Positions 46,093 through 55,805 of a DNA stretch of 62,163 nucleotides are shown one piece after another. Numbering within the stretch: position 1 is the stretch's first letter; every line of letters begins with the position of its first letter. This DNA is from an uncultured Candidatus Saccharibacteria bacterium (GTDB lineage Bacteria > Patescibacteriota > Minisyncoccia > Phycocordibacterales > VMEP01), in assembly GCA_964579635.1 (NCBI GenBank), contig CAZOFV010000005.1, positions 1 through 62,163 of the forward strand, written 5' to 3'. Below the pieces are notes generated by a model. It made no database searches. It had not been told where the DNA came from and saw only the letters and a program-made list of their open reading frames with translations. The position numbers and the translations under genes are program-made.

Positions 46093-47418
46093 TTAAGCAA
46101 TATCTGTATCGGCTACATAAGCTCTCTCAATAGAAACACCGATTGCTCTTAGGCGTTCTTCTACCTTCTCATACCCTCTATCAATGTTATAGACATTATG
46201 GATAACAGAATCCCCTTTAGCAACAATACCCGCAATAACAAAGGCAAGACCAGCTCGAAGATCAGGACTTTCAAGTTCTTTTGAGTTGAGTTTTGTTGGC
46301 CCTGATATTTTTACGCGATGTGGGTCAAACATTGTAATTTCAGCCCCCATGCGATTAAGCCATTCAACATAATTAAGTCGGCCTTCAAAGATTGTTTCAA
46401 AAACCAAACTATCCCCTTTTGTCTGTGTTAAATAAACAACCATTGGTGCCTGCAAATCTGTAGGAAATCCTGGATACTCATGGGTTTTTATATCAACGGC
46501 GTTTAATGTGATTTTCTTTTTAGGATCAATCTTTACTGATATTGTATTTTTCCCAACCTTAACAGGCACGCCGGAATATTGAAGTGATTCAATCAAAGAC
46601 TCCAAGTGTTTTGGTTCGCAATTTGTGATTGTGACATCTTTAGCCAAAAGAGCTGCGATGACCAAAAAGCTACCAGCTTCAATTCTGTCTGGGGTTGTAA
46701 CATAAGCCTTGCCTTTGCTTTTCAACATTGAAGTCCCTGTGATAGTGATTGTTGGTGTGCCAGCTCCTCGTATTTTTGCACCACAACTATTCAAAAATTC
46801 TGCCAAAGCTTCAATCTCCGGCTCAAGTGCGGCATTTTTAATAACTGTTTCTCCCTCCGCTAAAACTCCAGCCATCATGAAAGTCTCTGTCCCCGTAACA
46901 CTCTGATTTCTGAAAAATAATTCAGCCCCGCGAAGTTTTCCACCTTTTGCCGAAATAACATAATGAGCTTTTCCTTTATCTCCAGAGACAGCTACCGTCG
47001 CACCCATTTTTTTAAACCCTTCCAAAAATAAATCTATCGGACGAGCGCCTATAACACATCCACCTGGGTGAGGAAAATGCACTGTTCCAAAACGAGCAAG
47101 GAGAGGCCCGGTTAAAACTATCGAGGCACGAAGTCGTTTTGCGATTTCAACAGACATTTTTCCGTCATACATTTCTTCTGTAGAAATTTCTAAAACACCT
47201 TTCCCTTTATATTCTATGATTGCCCCTAAATCTACCAACAAATCACCCATTCTATTCACATCCTCAATTTCTGGGACATTTTTCATTACGAGCTTATCTC
47301 CAAAAAGAATAGCAGCAGCCATTGCTTTTAAGGCTGCATTTTTTGCGCCCTTAACAGCAATTTCTCCTTTCAATTTTCTCGCCCCAGCCAAACCTTTAAT
47401 TAGAAAAACTTCTTTCAT
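46093..47418 (-). CDS. murA: UDP-N-acetylglucosamine 1-carboxyvinyltransferase
   Basis: GAKNAAL, PGGCVIGARPID (catalytic Cys), GFPTDLQ, DLRAG. Confidence 0.96.
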   Translation of the reverse strand: MKEVFLIKGLAGARKLKGEIAVKGAKNAALKAMAAAILFGDKLVMKNVPEIEDVNRMGDLLVDLGAIIEYKGKGVLEISTEEMYDGKMSVEIAKRLRASIVLTGPLLARFGTVHFPHPGGCVIGARPIDLFLEGFKKMGATVAVSGDKGKAHYVISAKGGKLRGAELFFRNQSVTGTETFMMAGVLAEGETVIKNAALEPEIEALAEFLNSCGAKIRGAGTPTITITGTSMLKSKGKAYVTTPDRIEAGSFLVIAALLAKDVTITNCEPKHLESLIESLQYSGVPVKVGKNTISVKIDPKKKITLNAVDIKTHEYPGFPTDLQAPMVVYLTQTKGDSLVFETIFEGRLNYVEWLNRMGAEITMFDPHRVKISGPTKLNSKELESPDLRAGLAFVIAGIVAKGDSVIHNVYNIDRGYEKVEERLRAIGVSIERAYVADTDIA

Positions 47419-47501
47419 GGCACCATCTTACTTTGTTTTTGTTTGGTTAACAAATCGGGCATTAAAAACGATTTTTGGTGGTTTTTGATATACTAAAAAA
47501 T

Positions 47502-49418
47502 ATGCAGATTAACCTCGTGACCGTTATGCCTATAGGTAAAAGTGTTTTCAAAGAACACTTATCTTATTTTTCAATGGAAAACCTACCCCTAGGTTCGGTG
47601 GTAAATGTTCCACTTCGAGGAAGAAGTATTCCTGCACTCGTTGTTTCGATTGAAAGCGCGGAGGATAGTAAAGCAAAAATTAAAGCTGCTTCTTTTGCTA
47701 TTAAAAAAATAGAAAATGGTAAACCACGACAACTTTTCTCTTCAGCTTTTATTAGTGCTGTAGATGAAGCTTCTTTGTATTTTGCGGCGCCGGCTGGAGC
47801 AATTATCGAAATATTTTCACCGAGGGCTGTTATTGAAGAGAGCGCCACCGCGTCGGAAATAATATCTGTTCCAAAAAAAGAACGAGCATCCACTCCCGAA
47901 CAGTTTGTTTTCCAGTCTGATGAAGAAGAACGCCTTGTTGCCTATCGTAGTTTATTTCGCGAAGAGTTTGCTCGTGGCTCTTCTCTTTTTTTATGCCTAC
48001 CAACGATAGAAGACGTGGAAAGATATACTGCACTACTCGCTAAGGGAATTGAAAATTATGTTGTCACCTTACACAGCGAGTTATCAAAAAAAGAAACTAT
48101 CGCTCGTTGGCAAAGGATTGCGTCAGAAACACATCCAATTTTAATTATCGGAACAAGCACTTTTCTATCGGTACCAAGAAACGATATATCTACTTTTATT
48201 ATAGAAAAAGAATCCAGTGGCGCGTACAGAAGAATCGGCCGACCACACGTTGATGCTCGCGCCTTTACAGAATTTTTAGCAAAAAAAAGTGGAGCTCGTC
48301 TTATTTTTGGAGACACAATACTTCGTACAGAAACTCTTTATCGCCACGATGAACACGAGTTTCCCGAGTGGCGCCCAGTAAAATTGAGGCTTCGTGCGCA
48401 AGCAGAAACAATAATCGTTGATATGAAAAAAGAGGCTGAAAAAGCTTCTGTAAAAAAGGTATATCCGATTATAAGCGAACGGTTGGTTTCTGAAATAAAC
48501 GAAACAATAAAGCGTAACGGGAATATTTTTGTTTTCGCTGGACGTCGCGGACTCGCCCCTGTCACGGTATGTGAGGATTGCGGAGAAACGCTAATGTGTA
48601 GCCATTGCACAAGCCCAATGGTTTTACACGAGGAGGGGTTGATTCGTTTTTATCTCTGTCATCAGTGTGGAAAAAAAATTATTTTAGGAAAACAAACAGA
48701 AGACCTTTGTCGCGCATGTGGAAGCTGGCGAATGAAACCACTTGGGATTGGAAGCGGGCGTATTGAAAGTGAGCTTGAAAAAAAATTCCCAAGATTAAAC
48801 ATAGTAAGACTTGATAGCGACGTCGCCAAAACTAGAAAATCTATTGCTAAGGCAATTAAAGAATTTTACGGCTCAAAAGCAACATTACTTATCGGAACCG
48901 AACTTGCTTTGCCGTATCTCACGGAAGAAATTGACTGTGTTGCTGTTGTTGGTATTGATTCGTTGTTTACCATTCCCGACTTCCGTATTGAAGAAAAAAT
49001 ATTTCAAACGCTTTCTTATTTAAAAACCAGAGCAAGAAGATTACTCCTAATTCAAACGAGAGATGTGGATCGCGCGCTTTTAACTGATGTTTCAAAGGGT
49101 GATTTGATTGGTTTTTACCGCAGAGAACTTGAAGAACGTAAGAAATTTGGATACCCACCATTTGCCAAACTTCTCAAAATTACATACCGCGGAAAAAAAG
49201 AAGATGCTGTCCGCGAAATGAATCGTCTACACAACTATCTTCGAGTTGATACCTTTCCTATCTTCCCCGCCTTCATTCAAGAAGTTAAAAAAGAATATCG
49301 TTTACATGGTTTACTTTCCTTTGAACCTAAACAATGGCCACGACTTCCACTTATAGAAAGATTAAAAGCCCTCCCGCCACAATTTGACATAGAGGTTGAC
49401 CCTGAAACAATTTTGTAA
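47502..49418 (+). CDS. priA: Primosomal protein N' (PriA) with degenerate helicase motifs
   Basis: Eight-Cys zinc region and C-terminal PPF domain kept; Walker A and DExH lost; ATG 47502 preferred. Confidence 0.85.
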   Translation: MQINLVTVMPIGKSVFKEHLSYFSMENLPLGSVVNVPLRGRSIPALVVSIESAEDSKAKIKAASFAIKKIENGKPRQLFSSAFISAVDEASLYFAAPAGAIIEIFSPRAVIEESATASEIISVPKKERASTPEQFVFQSDEEERLVAYRSLFREEFARGSSLFLCLPTIEDVERYTALLAKGIENYVVTLHSELSKKETIARWQRIASETHPILIIGTSTFLSVPRNDISTFIIEKESSGAYRRIGRPHVDARAFTEFLAKKSGARLIFGDTILRTETLYRHDEHEFPEWRPVKLRLRAQAETIIVDMKKEAEKASVKKVYPIISERLVSEINETIKRNGNIFVFAGRRGLAPVTVCEDCGETLMCSHCTSPMVLHEEGLIRFYLCHQCGKKIILGKQTEDLCRACGSWRMKPLGIGSGRIESELEKKFPRLNIVRLDSDVAKTRKSIAKAIKEFYGSKATLLIGTELALPYLTEEIDCVAVVGIDSLFTIPDFRIEEKIFQTLSYLKTRARRLLLIQTRDVDRALLTDVSKGDLIGFYRRELEERKKFGYPPFAKLLKITYRGKKEDAVREMNRLHNYLRVDTFPIFPAFIQEVKKEYRLHGLLSFEPKQWPRLPLIERLKALPPQFDIEVDPETIL

Positions 49419-49473
49419 AAACTGTATTAAAGATATCTGTCGCCTTTTCCAAAATCATACGTATAATTAAAAG

Positions 49474-50028
49474 ATGTCTAAAAAGATAGTCCAAAACGGC
49501 GAACCAGTCTTAAGGGCTTTAGCTAAAGAAGTTCCAACCGCCGAAATTGATTCAAAAAAAATAAAGAAAGTAATATCCGACATGAAGATAGCACTTTCCA
49601 AAGAGCCTGATGGTGTTGCTATCGCGGCACCTCAAATCGGAGAATCTCTCCGTATTTTTGTTGTAGCTGGAAGAGTTTATGCGCTCAAAAAAGAAGAGGA
49701 TGTAGAAAAAATTATGGACCAAAGGCTCTACCCAGACAAAACATATATAAACCCACAAATAATAAAGCGCTCAAAGAAAGAAAAGGAGCTTCTAGAAGGA
49801 TGTCTTTCTGTTCGCCATATATACGGAAAAATAAAACGTAGTGAAAAGATAACTGTTAAAGCCCAAGATGAAACAGGGAAAATCTTCACCCAAATAGGAA
49901 GCGGGCTTCTTGCAGAAATATTTCAGCATGAAACTGATCACTTGGACGGAATTTTGTTTATAGATAACGCGAGAGACTTAAAAGAACTCCACCGAGAAGA
50001 CGAAGATAATTATGAAGACAACGAATAA
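49474..50028 (+). CDS. def: Peptide deformylase
   Basis: GVAIAAPQIG, EGCLS, QHETDHLDG. Confidence 0.96.
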   Translation: MSKKIVQNGEPVLRALAKEVPTAEIDSKKIKKVISDMKIALSKEPDGVAIAAPQIGESLRIFVVAGRVYALKKEEDVEKIMDQRLYPDKTYINPQIIKRSKKEKELLEGCLSVRHIYGKIKRSEKITVKAQDETGKIFTQIGSGLLAEIFQHETDHLDGILFIDNARDLKELHREDEDNYEDNE

Positions 50029-50884
50029 TACTCCTTTTGTTTTTTTTGGAACACCGCAGTTTGCGGTATTTGTTTTAGAAGAACTTCTTCGTTCAGGAAT
50101 AAAGCCGGCACTTATAGTCACCGCGCCAGATAAGCCACAAGGTCGCGGTCTTCTTTTAACTCCCCCTCCGATAAAAGTTTGGGCAAAAGAAAACGGAATC
50201 CCTTTCATTCAACCGGTAAAACTTGATAATGCTTTTATTGCAGAATTAAAATCTAATTCTTGTGAACTGTTCGTCGTTGCCGCCTATGGAAAAATAATTC
50301 CTAAAGAAATTTTAAAGATTCCATCACATGGAACACTTAATGTTCATCCTTCTCTTTTACCAAAATACAGAGGAGCCTCCCCTATCCAGTCACAAATAAT
50401 GAACGATGAAAAAGAAATTGGCGTCACAATTATGCTTGTTGACGAAGAGATGGATCACGGCCCAATCATCGCACAACAAAAATTAAATATCGAAAAAATG
50501 CCGAGCGCTCCAAAACTCTTAGAGATGCTTGCGCGCAGTGGAGGAAAATTACTTTCTGAGGTTATTCCAAACTGGATTACAAAAGAAATCGAGCCAAAAG
50601 ATCAAAAACACGATGAAGCAACTTTTACTAAAAAAATTACAAAAGAAGATGGGTTAGTTAGTTTACAAAACGACGATACATACAAAAACTATTTAAAATA
50701 TTTGGCCCTAGACCCATGGCCGGGAACTTATTTTTTTGCGTTAAGGCATGGAAAAAGAATAAGAGTTGCAATCAAAAAAGCGGAATTTATTGATAATAGA
50801 TTTGAAATAAAAGAGGTTTTACCTGAAGGTGGTAAAACAATGCCTTATGGCGATTTCCTACGTGGCGGTGCTGTGCTAGAATAA
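50012..50884 (+). CDS. fmt: Methionyl-tRNA formyltransferase
   Basis: FFGTPQFA, NVHPSLLPKYRGASP, MDHGP. Confidence 0.95.
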   Translation: MKTTNNTPFVFFGTPQFAVFVLEELLRSGIKPALIVTAPDKPQGRGLLLTPPPIKVWAKENGIPFIQPVKLDNAFIAELKSNSCELFVVAAYGKIIPKEILKIPSHGTLNVHPSLLPKYRGASPIQSQIMNDEKEIGVTIMLVDEEMDHGPIIAQQKLNIEKMPSAPKLLEMLARSGGKLLSEVIPNWITKEIEPKDQKHDEATFTKKITKEDGLVSLQNDDTYKNYLKYLALDPWPGTYFFALRHGKRIRVAIKKAEFIDNRFEIKEVLPEGGKTMPYGDFLRGGAVLE

Positions 50885-50924
50885 AAAAAGCAGTTCCCTT
50901 CAACAAAATAGCAGGAGAGAAAAA

Positions 50925-51491
50925 ATGAAAGCAACCAGGGCAAACGCCCAAGTAGCACAGGAATCAACCGAGAAACTCCGTCCAGTTTCCCCGCTCGTGC
51001 AACGGGAGCTTCCCCCGACGATAGAAGTAAACGTCAGGGTACCCAAAGAAGGCTTGATTAACGAACGGATCCTCATCGTTGGGACGTATATCACCCCGCG
51101 AATTGATGACCAGGGCGGACAACACGGCGGAGACGACATTCTCGTCATGGTAAACAGCGCACGTGGCAGGATTGACGAGGAAATCGAAATTTCCGGGAAA
51201 GTTCGGATTCACACGGTGAACGGGCGTAACGGAACAATGCCCGATGAATTCATCGGGGTCCAGATTATCGGCTTCCTGAGCACTATCGGGAAAGGCTTTG
51301 CGACGAACAACGAGCAACTTCCGATTCCCGAAAATATCCCGATTCTCGAGCTCATCGAAACCATCCACGAAATGGAGAATATCGTTGTCGACGAAAGGCA
51401 ACAACGACTGCTCTCTGCCCTTGCGCAAAGCGACATCGGCAAGGCCCGGCTCGACATTCGGAAGTATTTCCGTCCGTTGCCCCCGGCCTGA
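50925..51491 (+). CDS. 188-aa ORFan
   Basis: AGGAGA RBS, GC-rich codons, terminator follows. Confidence 0.8.
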   Translation: MKATRANAQVAQESTEKLRPVSPLVQRELPPTIEVNVRVPKEGLINERILIVGTYITPRIDDQGGQHGGDDILVMVNSARGRIDEEIEISGKVRIHTVNGRNGTMPDEFIGVQIIGFLSTIGKGFATNNEQLPIPENIPILELIETIHEMENIVVDERQQRLLSALAQSDIGKARLDIRKYFRPLPPA

Positions 51492-51516
51492 AAATTTCTC
51501 AACCCTGCTTAATGCA

Positions 51517-51541
51517 AAAGCCCGCACTCGTTGCGGGCTTT
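51517..51541. terminator. Intrinsic terminator AAAGCCCGC/GCGGGCTTT
   Basis: Same 9-bp arms as 28917 and 29226. Confidence 0.8.
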
Positions 51542-51561
51542 CAACATCCTACTTTCTACTA

Positions 51562-52236
51562 CTATTTAATTTCTATAGATTCAATAACAACAGGAGAAAC
51601 CGGCCTGTCACTTGCTTCGGTTTGCACGCCCTCAATCTTCATCGCTGTTTCAATACCAGAAACAACGTGACCAAAAACTGTATAGCTTGGTGGCAATGGT
51701 GCTTCCGGTTGCGCGGTCACAATAAAAAACTGACTCCCGTTTGTATTTGGCCCAGCATTTGCCATTGCAAGTGTCCCTGTTGGATACTTCTCCTCTCCAG
51801 ATAATTCATCATTAAACTTATACCCAGGACCACCTGTTCCCCATTGGCTCTTAAGAGAGTCGTCTTTTGAAAATGGGTCCCCGGCCTGAATCATAAAACC
51901 CTTAATAACGCGATGAAACTTTATTCCGTCATAAAATTTCTCCGAAGCTAATTTTGCAAAGTTTGCCACGGTGTTAGGAGCTTTATTATCAAACTCAATA
52001 ACAATAGAGCCGTAATTTGTTTTTATTGTTGCTTGTGTTGCTTTTGTATTATCCATCGTATTTTGTGTTGAATTATTATTAACTAAATTTTGTTCACCTA
52101 CCGCAGTGTTGTTTCCCGTGGTTGATGTTTTTTCACCTTTTACTGTAGTTTTTATAGCACCGAAATAAACAGCGGTAGCAATTCCTACTATTAACACCAA
52201 AAATCCAAACCACACGGCAAGTGTTTCTTTATTCAT
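51562..52236 (-). CDS. Membrane-anchored cyclophilin-type peptidyl-prolyl isomerase
   Basis: FHRVIKGFMIQAGDP, LAMANAGPNTNGSQFFI. Confidence 0.93.
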   Translation of the reverse strand: MNKETLAVWFGFLVLIVGIATAVYFGAIKTTVKGEKTSTTGNNTAVGEQNLVNNNSTQNTMDNTKATQATIKTNYGSIVIEFDNKAPNTVANFAKLASEKFYDGIKFHRVIKGFMIQAGDPFSKDDSLKSQWGTGGPGYKFNDELSGEEKYPTGTLAMANAGPNTNGSQFFIVTAQPEAPLPPSYTVFGHVVSGIETAMKIEGVQTEASDRPVSPVVIESIEIK

Positions 52237-52247
52237 ATTTTAAATTA

Positions 52248-52646
52248 CTATTTTCTAAATCTTCTAATTTTACCAAATTGCTCACCAACACCTTTCATTA
52301 TGTTTTTTACCATGGCCTCCCCTCGTCTTAAAAACTTTCTTCTTTTACTTCTGTGAGAATTTACCTCACGAATAATTTCATCCTTCACTTCATCGATAGC
52401 AGAATATAAATCTGAACTTTCAGACATGGCGTAAAAATCGCCCCCCGAAACATGTAAATTTATTTCCGCAAAAAATATATCTCCTTGCTGGTGGTGTTTT
52501 GTCTTAACACCAACCTCAACTGAAACCACGGCGCTCTCATCATTTTTATCAACAATTTTTTCTAAACTAGAAAGTTTCTTCTCAACATACTCCGCGATAG
52601 CTGGTGTTAATTCTGTGTTCGTCGCCTTAATTGTGTTGATTTTCAT
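52248..52646 (-). CDS. hpf: Ribosome hibernation promoting factor (HPF/RaiA)
   Basis: ELTPAIAEYVEKKL, DLYSAIDEV. Confidence 0.88.
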   Translation of the reverse strand: MKINTIKATNTELTPAIAEYVEKKLSSLEKIVDKNDESAVVSVEVGVKTKHHQQGDIFFAEINLHVSGGDFYAMSESSDLYSAIDEVKDEIIREVNSHRSKRRKFLRRGEAMVKNIMKGVGEQFGKIRRFRK

Positions 52647-52721
52647 ATAATTAGAAAAATTAATTGTTAATAAATAAATGACCTCTATTAATATTATAGC
52701 AAAAAATATTACTACTAAAAG

Positions 52722-52943
52722 CTAGTAGTCCACCCTAAATATTTTACTGGGGCTATGATGCCCAGAAATAAGGCGTACCTTACCATAAGGCACCTTAAAA
52801 TGCTCAGCGACAAGCTCTAAAACACGCTTATTAGCCAAGTTCTGCTCTGCTTTCTCCTTAACCGAAACATTAAAGTGGTCCTCACTTTTTTTTACAAAAG
52901 ATTCTTTTTTGGCTCCTGGAACTACTTTAACTTTGCAGTACAT
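52722..52943 (-). CDS. DUF167 (YggU-like) protein
   Basis: VKVVPGAK, AN..VLEL.A..F, SG..S..K. Confidence 0.8.
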   Translation of the reverse strand: MYCKVKVVPGAKKESFVKKSEDHFNVSVKEKAEQNLANKRVLELVAEHFKVPYGKVRLISGHHSPSKIFRVDY

Positions 52944-52952
52944 CTATGTGTT

Positions 52953-53378
52953 TTAAAGCACTGAAAAAATTTCATCAACAACCTCTTTTATTTCCGACTC
53001 AGACATAACCCTCCTTTCGTTTCCATAATGGTCCAAGTCACCGATTCTAACTTCAGGAATAACATGACTATGTAGATGTGGAATTGATTTTGAAGTATTA
53101 TCTCCTTCTCGTTCTAATACAGACATATTTTTATATCCCAACTTTTTAAAAATCTTAAGCGCTTCTTCCTGTAAAAAATCCATATCTAGAACCTCTTTAT
53201 CTGTAAGCCCGAGAATAATCTCTTCGTGCCTAAATGGCACAATCAATAAATGGTGTTTATGATATGGTGCTAACGCATAAGTTAAGTAGGCAGTTTCTGT
53301 CTTTAAAAGATGTCTACTGTCTCCCCCGTCACAAAATGGACACTTGTCTAAATTTTTAAGAAAATCTTTATATAGCAT
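52953..53378 (-). CDS. HIT family protein
   Basis: CPFC, HLLIVP, PHLHSH histidine triad. Confidence 0.88.
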   Translation of the reverse strand: MLYKDFLKNLDKCPFCDGGDSRHLLKTETAYLTYALAPYHKHHLLIVPFRHEEIILGLTDKEVLDMDFLQEEALKIFKKLGYKNMSVLEREGDNTSKSIPHLHSHVIPEVRIGDLDHYGNERRVMSESEIKEVVDEIFSVL

Positions 53379-53483
53379 GAAATATAGTATATATCATGAT
53401 AAGTAACAGGTGAACTTTTCATTTTCTGTTTTTTTTGTTAGCATACTAGCCACATTCCGGAGTAGTTGAAATGCGAATAAATA

Positions 53484-53557
53484 AAGCATTTCAAAGGCGG
53501 AGGCTGACGAGCCGAGCCGGGGTCGCAGAATTTTTCAGCAGAAAAATATCTGTGACC
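53484..53557 (+). repeat. 74-bp repeat, identical to 53976-54049
   Basis: Exact duplicate; GGTCGCAGA-ATTTTT-CAGCAG-AAAAAT-A-TCTGTGACC hairpin. Confidence 0.9.
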
Positions 53558-53591
53558 TGCGGTCCCGCTGAGATACTCCTGATATGTATAT

Positions 53592-53666
53592 TCCGGAGTA
53601 GCTCAGCGGTAGAGCGGTCGCCTGTTAAGCGATTGGTCACAGGTTCGAATCCTGTCTCCGGAGCCA
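53592..53666 (+). tRNA. tRNA-Asn(GTT), CCA encoded
   Basis: TCCGGAG/CTCCGGA acceptor, GTCGC-CTGTTAA-GCGAT, GGTTCGAATCC. Confidence 0.96.
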
Positions 53667-53714
53667 GAAATAGTTAGCCCTGCTGCGAAAGCAATGGGGC
53701 TTTACTATTTCCTT

Positions 53715-54097
53715 CGGAGACAGGATTCGAAAGATTTTGCGGGCACCTGTTTAGCAAAACAGGTCGCAAAATCAGGGTCGAGAAATTTTTCTGCTCGACG
53801 GAGCGGAAAAATGTTCTTGACCGAACCTGTCTCCGGAGCTTGTAAAAACTTTAGACCCCCCTTATAGGGGGCTTTAGTTTTTTAAGCTCCGGAGAGCAAG
53901 CAACTAGATTTGCTTGCGTACAGGATTCGAAAGCCGGAGCGCGACGGCGCGAGGCGGGCTTAATTGCGATAAGTGAAGCATTTCAAAGGCGGAGGCTGAC
54001 GAGCCGAGCCGGGGTCGCAGAATTTTTCAGCAGAAAAATATCTGTGACCGCGCAAAATCTCAGTAGAGATTTATGCGTGACCAATCCTGTCTTCGGA
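53715..54097. repeat. Array of inverted and direct tRNA-Asn 3'-end copies with nested hairpins
   Basis: Inverted 53715-53731, direct 53826-53839, split inverted 53886-53931, direct 54083-54097. Confidence 0.85.
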
Positions 54098-54186
54098 ACT
54101 TCGAAAGTACTATCTTTACCCCCTTTTTTTCATAATAGATTTTATGAAAACTTTAAATATCACAATATATTTGAGATAATAAAACT

Positions 54187-54897
54187 ATGAATAACCAAAT
54201 TCCAAAAAGTGTTTCTTGTTTGGGTTTTTATTCCGCAACCCTGACGCCCATAGTAACTCTTGTTGCGTTTACAATCGCTTTTATGACTGAGCCACTATCT
54301 GGGCCTTGGTGCCAAAATTCCTGTTTTTCTTACCCGTTTTTAGATACGACATCCCGTTACCCGAGTGATTTTATTTGGATGTATCCGGCAACGTTTCTGT
54401 TATTGGTCTATCTTGTTTTGATGATGAGCATTCATCACAGCTCTTCTCCTGAAAAAAAGATATTTAGTCACCTAGGAATGCTTTTTGCCTTCAGCTCTGC
54501 CCTGATATTCGCTGTCGATTATTTTCTACAGTTATCGGTGATACAACCATCTCTCTTAAGGGGCGAAGTCGACGGTATCTCCCTTTTAAGCCAGTTTAAC
54601 CCCCATGGCATCTTTATCGCCATGGAAGAAATCTCCTTTATGCTTATGAGTCTTTCGTTTCTTTTCATGGCGCCGGTATTTTTCGGCGACAGGCTACAAA
54701 AAGCTATCCGATGGGTTTTCGCAACTTCCTTTATCTTAACAGCTCTTTCTTTTCTTTTTTTTATATTCAAGTTTGGAACAAACAGAGAGTATCTCTTTGA
54801 AGTTACTGCATTTTCGATCAATTGGCTGACCTTAATCGTGTCCGGTATCCTTTTAGGCTTTTTGTTTAGAAAAAGCATGAAGGCAAGCCGATCATAG
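54187..54897 (+). CDS. Multi-TM hypothetical protein
   Basis: 236 aa, about 6 hydrophobic segments. Confidence 0.75.
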   Translation: MNNQIPKSVSCLGFYSATLTPIVTLVAFTIAFMTEPLSGPWCQNSCFSYPFLDTTSRYPSDFIWMYPATFLLLVYLVLMMSIHHSSSPEKKIFSHLGMLFAFSSALIFAVDYFLQLSVIQPSLLRGEVDGISLLSQFNPHGIFIAMEEISFMLMSLSFLFMAPVFFGDRLQKAIRWVFATSFILTALSFLFFIFKFGTNREYLFEVTAFSINWLTLIVSGILLGFLFRKSMKASRS

Positions 54898-54975
54898 CTG
54901 GACGCTTAAATTTGCACTTTCTCCTGTTATTAGATATGTTCTGACGTTAAGACTTTATTTTGATATAATTTAACG

Positions 54976-55347
54976 ATGGAAATCACAATTTTTTTAGCAA
55001 AATTTTGGGGAAGCCTTTTTATGATTCTCGGCGTTATGTCTATTAGCGCAAGATTACTAGGTAGAATTATCGAGTACACAGAAGACAAGACTATTACCGT
55101 ATCTACGGGTTACATTACCTTTTTATTGGGCTTAGCCACCGTTGTTGCCCACAATGTTTGGGTCGCCGACTGGCGAGTAGCTATCACTATTTTAGGGTGG
55201 ATTACCTTATTTAAGGGGATCGAAAAAGTTTGCTTTCCTAGTCGTGTGAACAAAAAAGCTAAAATATTCAAAAGTGGTCAAGTGCTTTGGGGAGGCATTA
55301 TCTTCCTTATTGGTGCTTTCTTTTTCTGGATTGGTTACAACTACTAA
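54976..55347 (+). CDS. Small four-TM hypothetical protein
   Basis: Hydrophobic 123 aa; HNVW..DWR...TILGW motif. Confidence 0.75.
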   Translation: MEITIFLAKFWGSLFMILGVMSISARLLGRIIEYTEDKTITVSTGYITFLLGLATVVAHNVWVADWRVAITILGWITLFKGIEKVCFPSRVNKKAKIFKSGQVLWGGIIFLIGAFFFWIGYNY

Positions 55348-55451
55348 AGGTTTTGAGTATATTATCCACCCTCGGTCCTGTATAAATAATGTGTCTAAAC
55401 CTGTCTCCGAATAATTTTAAAAACAAAAAGAAAGAGTACAATTCACAACAT

Positions 55452-55793
55452 ATGGATATCTCAAGAAAAAAATTTATTATTCTCTTCGTCGTTTTTGGGT
55501 TTGCCTTTCTTTTTATTACTACTTCGCTTTTGGGGTCTACTGGCCTTCGAGGTTTCCCTAAACACCCAGATTCTTTCCTGAAGACGGCGTCACCAATAAT
55601 CTGGAAAAATAACGTTTCAAAAATTATATTACCTATAAAAGTATTTCTAATAGGTCCCTTATTGCTTTCTAATGATTTTTTGCGTGATGATCCGCCACCA
55701 CCATTTATTGGTATCTATCTCATTCTCTATTGGACGATTCTTGCCTCCGTTATTCATTATTTACTCAACAAAATAAAAAGTTTAATTAATTGA
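55452..55793 (+). CDS. Membrane hypothetical protein
   Basis: Hydrophobic segments; ATG 55452 preferred over the track start. Confidence 0.65.
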   Translation: MDISRKKFIILFVVFGFAFLFITTSLLGSTGLRGFPKHPDSFLKTASPIIWKNNVSKIILPIKVFLIGPLLLSNDFLRDDPPPPFIGIYLILYWTILASVIHYLLNKIKSLIN

Positions 55794-55805
55794 AAGCTGT
55801 TTAAT

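Noticed and set aside
50900-51804. Long antisense and alternate ORFs (e.g. 50964-51527, 187 aa)
   Set aside because: Shadow frames expected in GC-rich coding DNA; the + frame has the SD and terminator
53471-53677. 68-aa ORF
   Set aside because: Overlaps tRNA-Asn and repeat DNA
53715-54097. Additional functional tRNA genes
   Set aside because: Only T-arm/acceptor fragments; no D or anticodon arms
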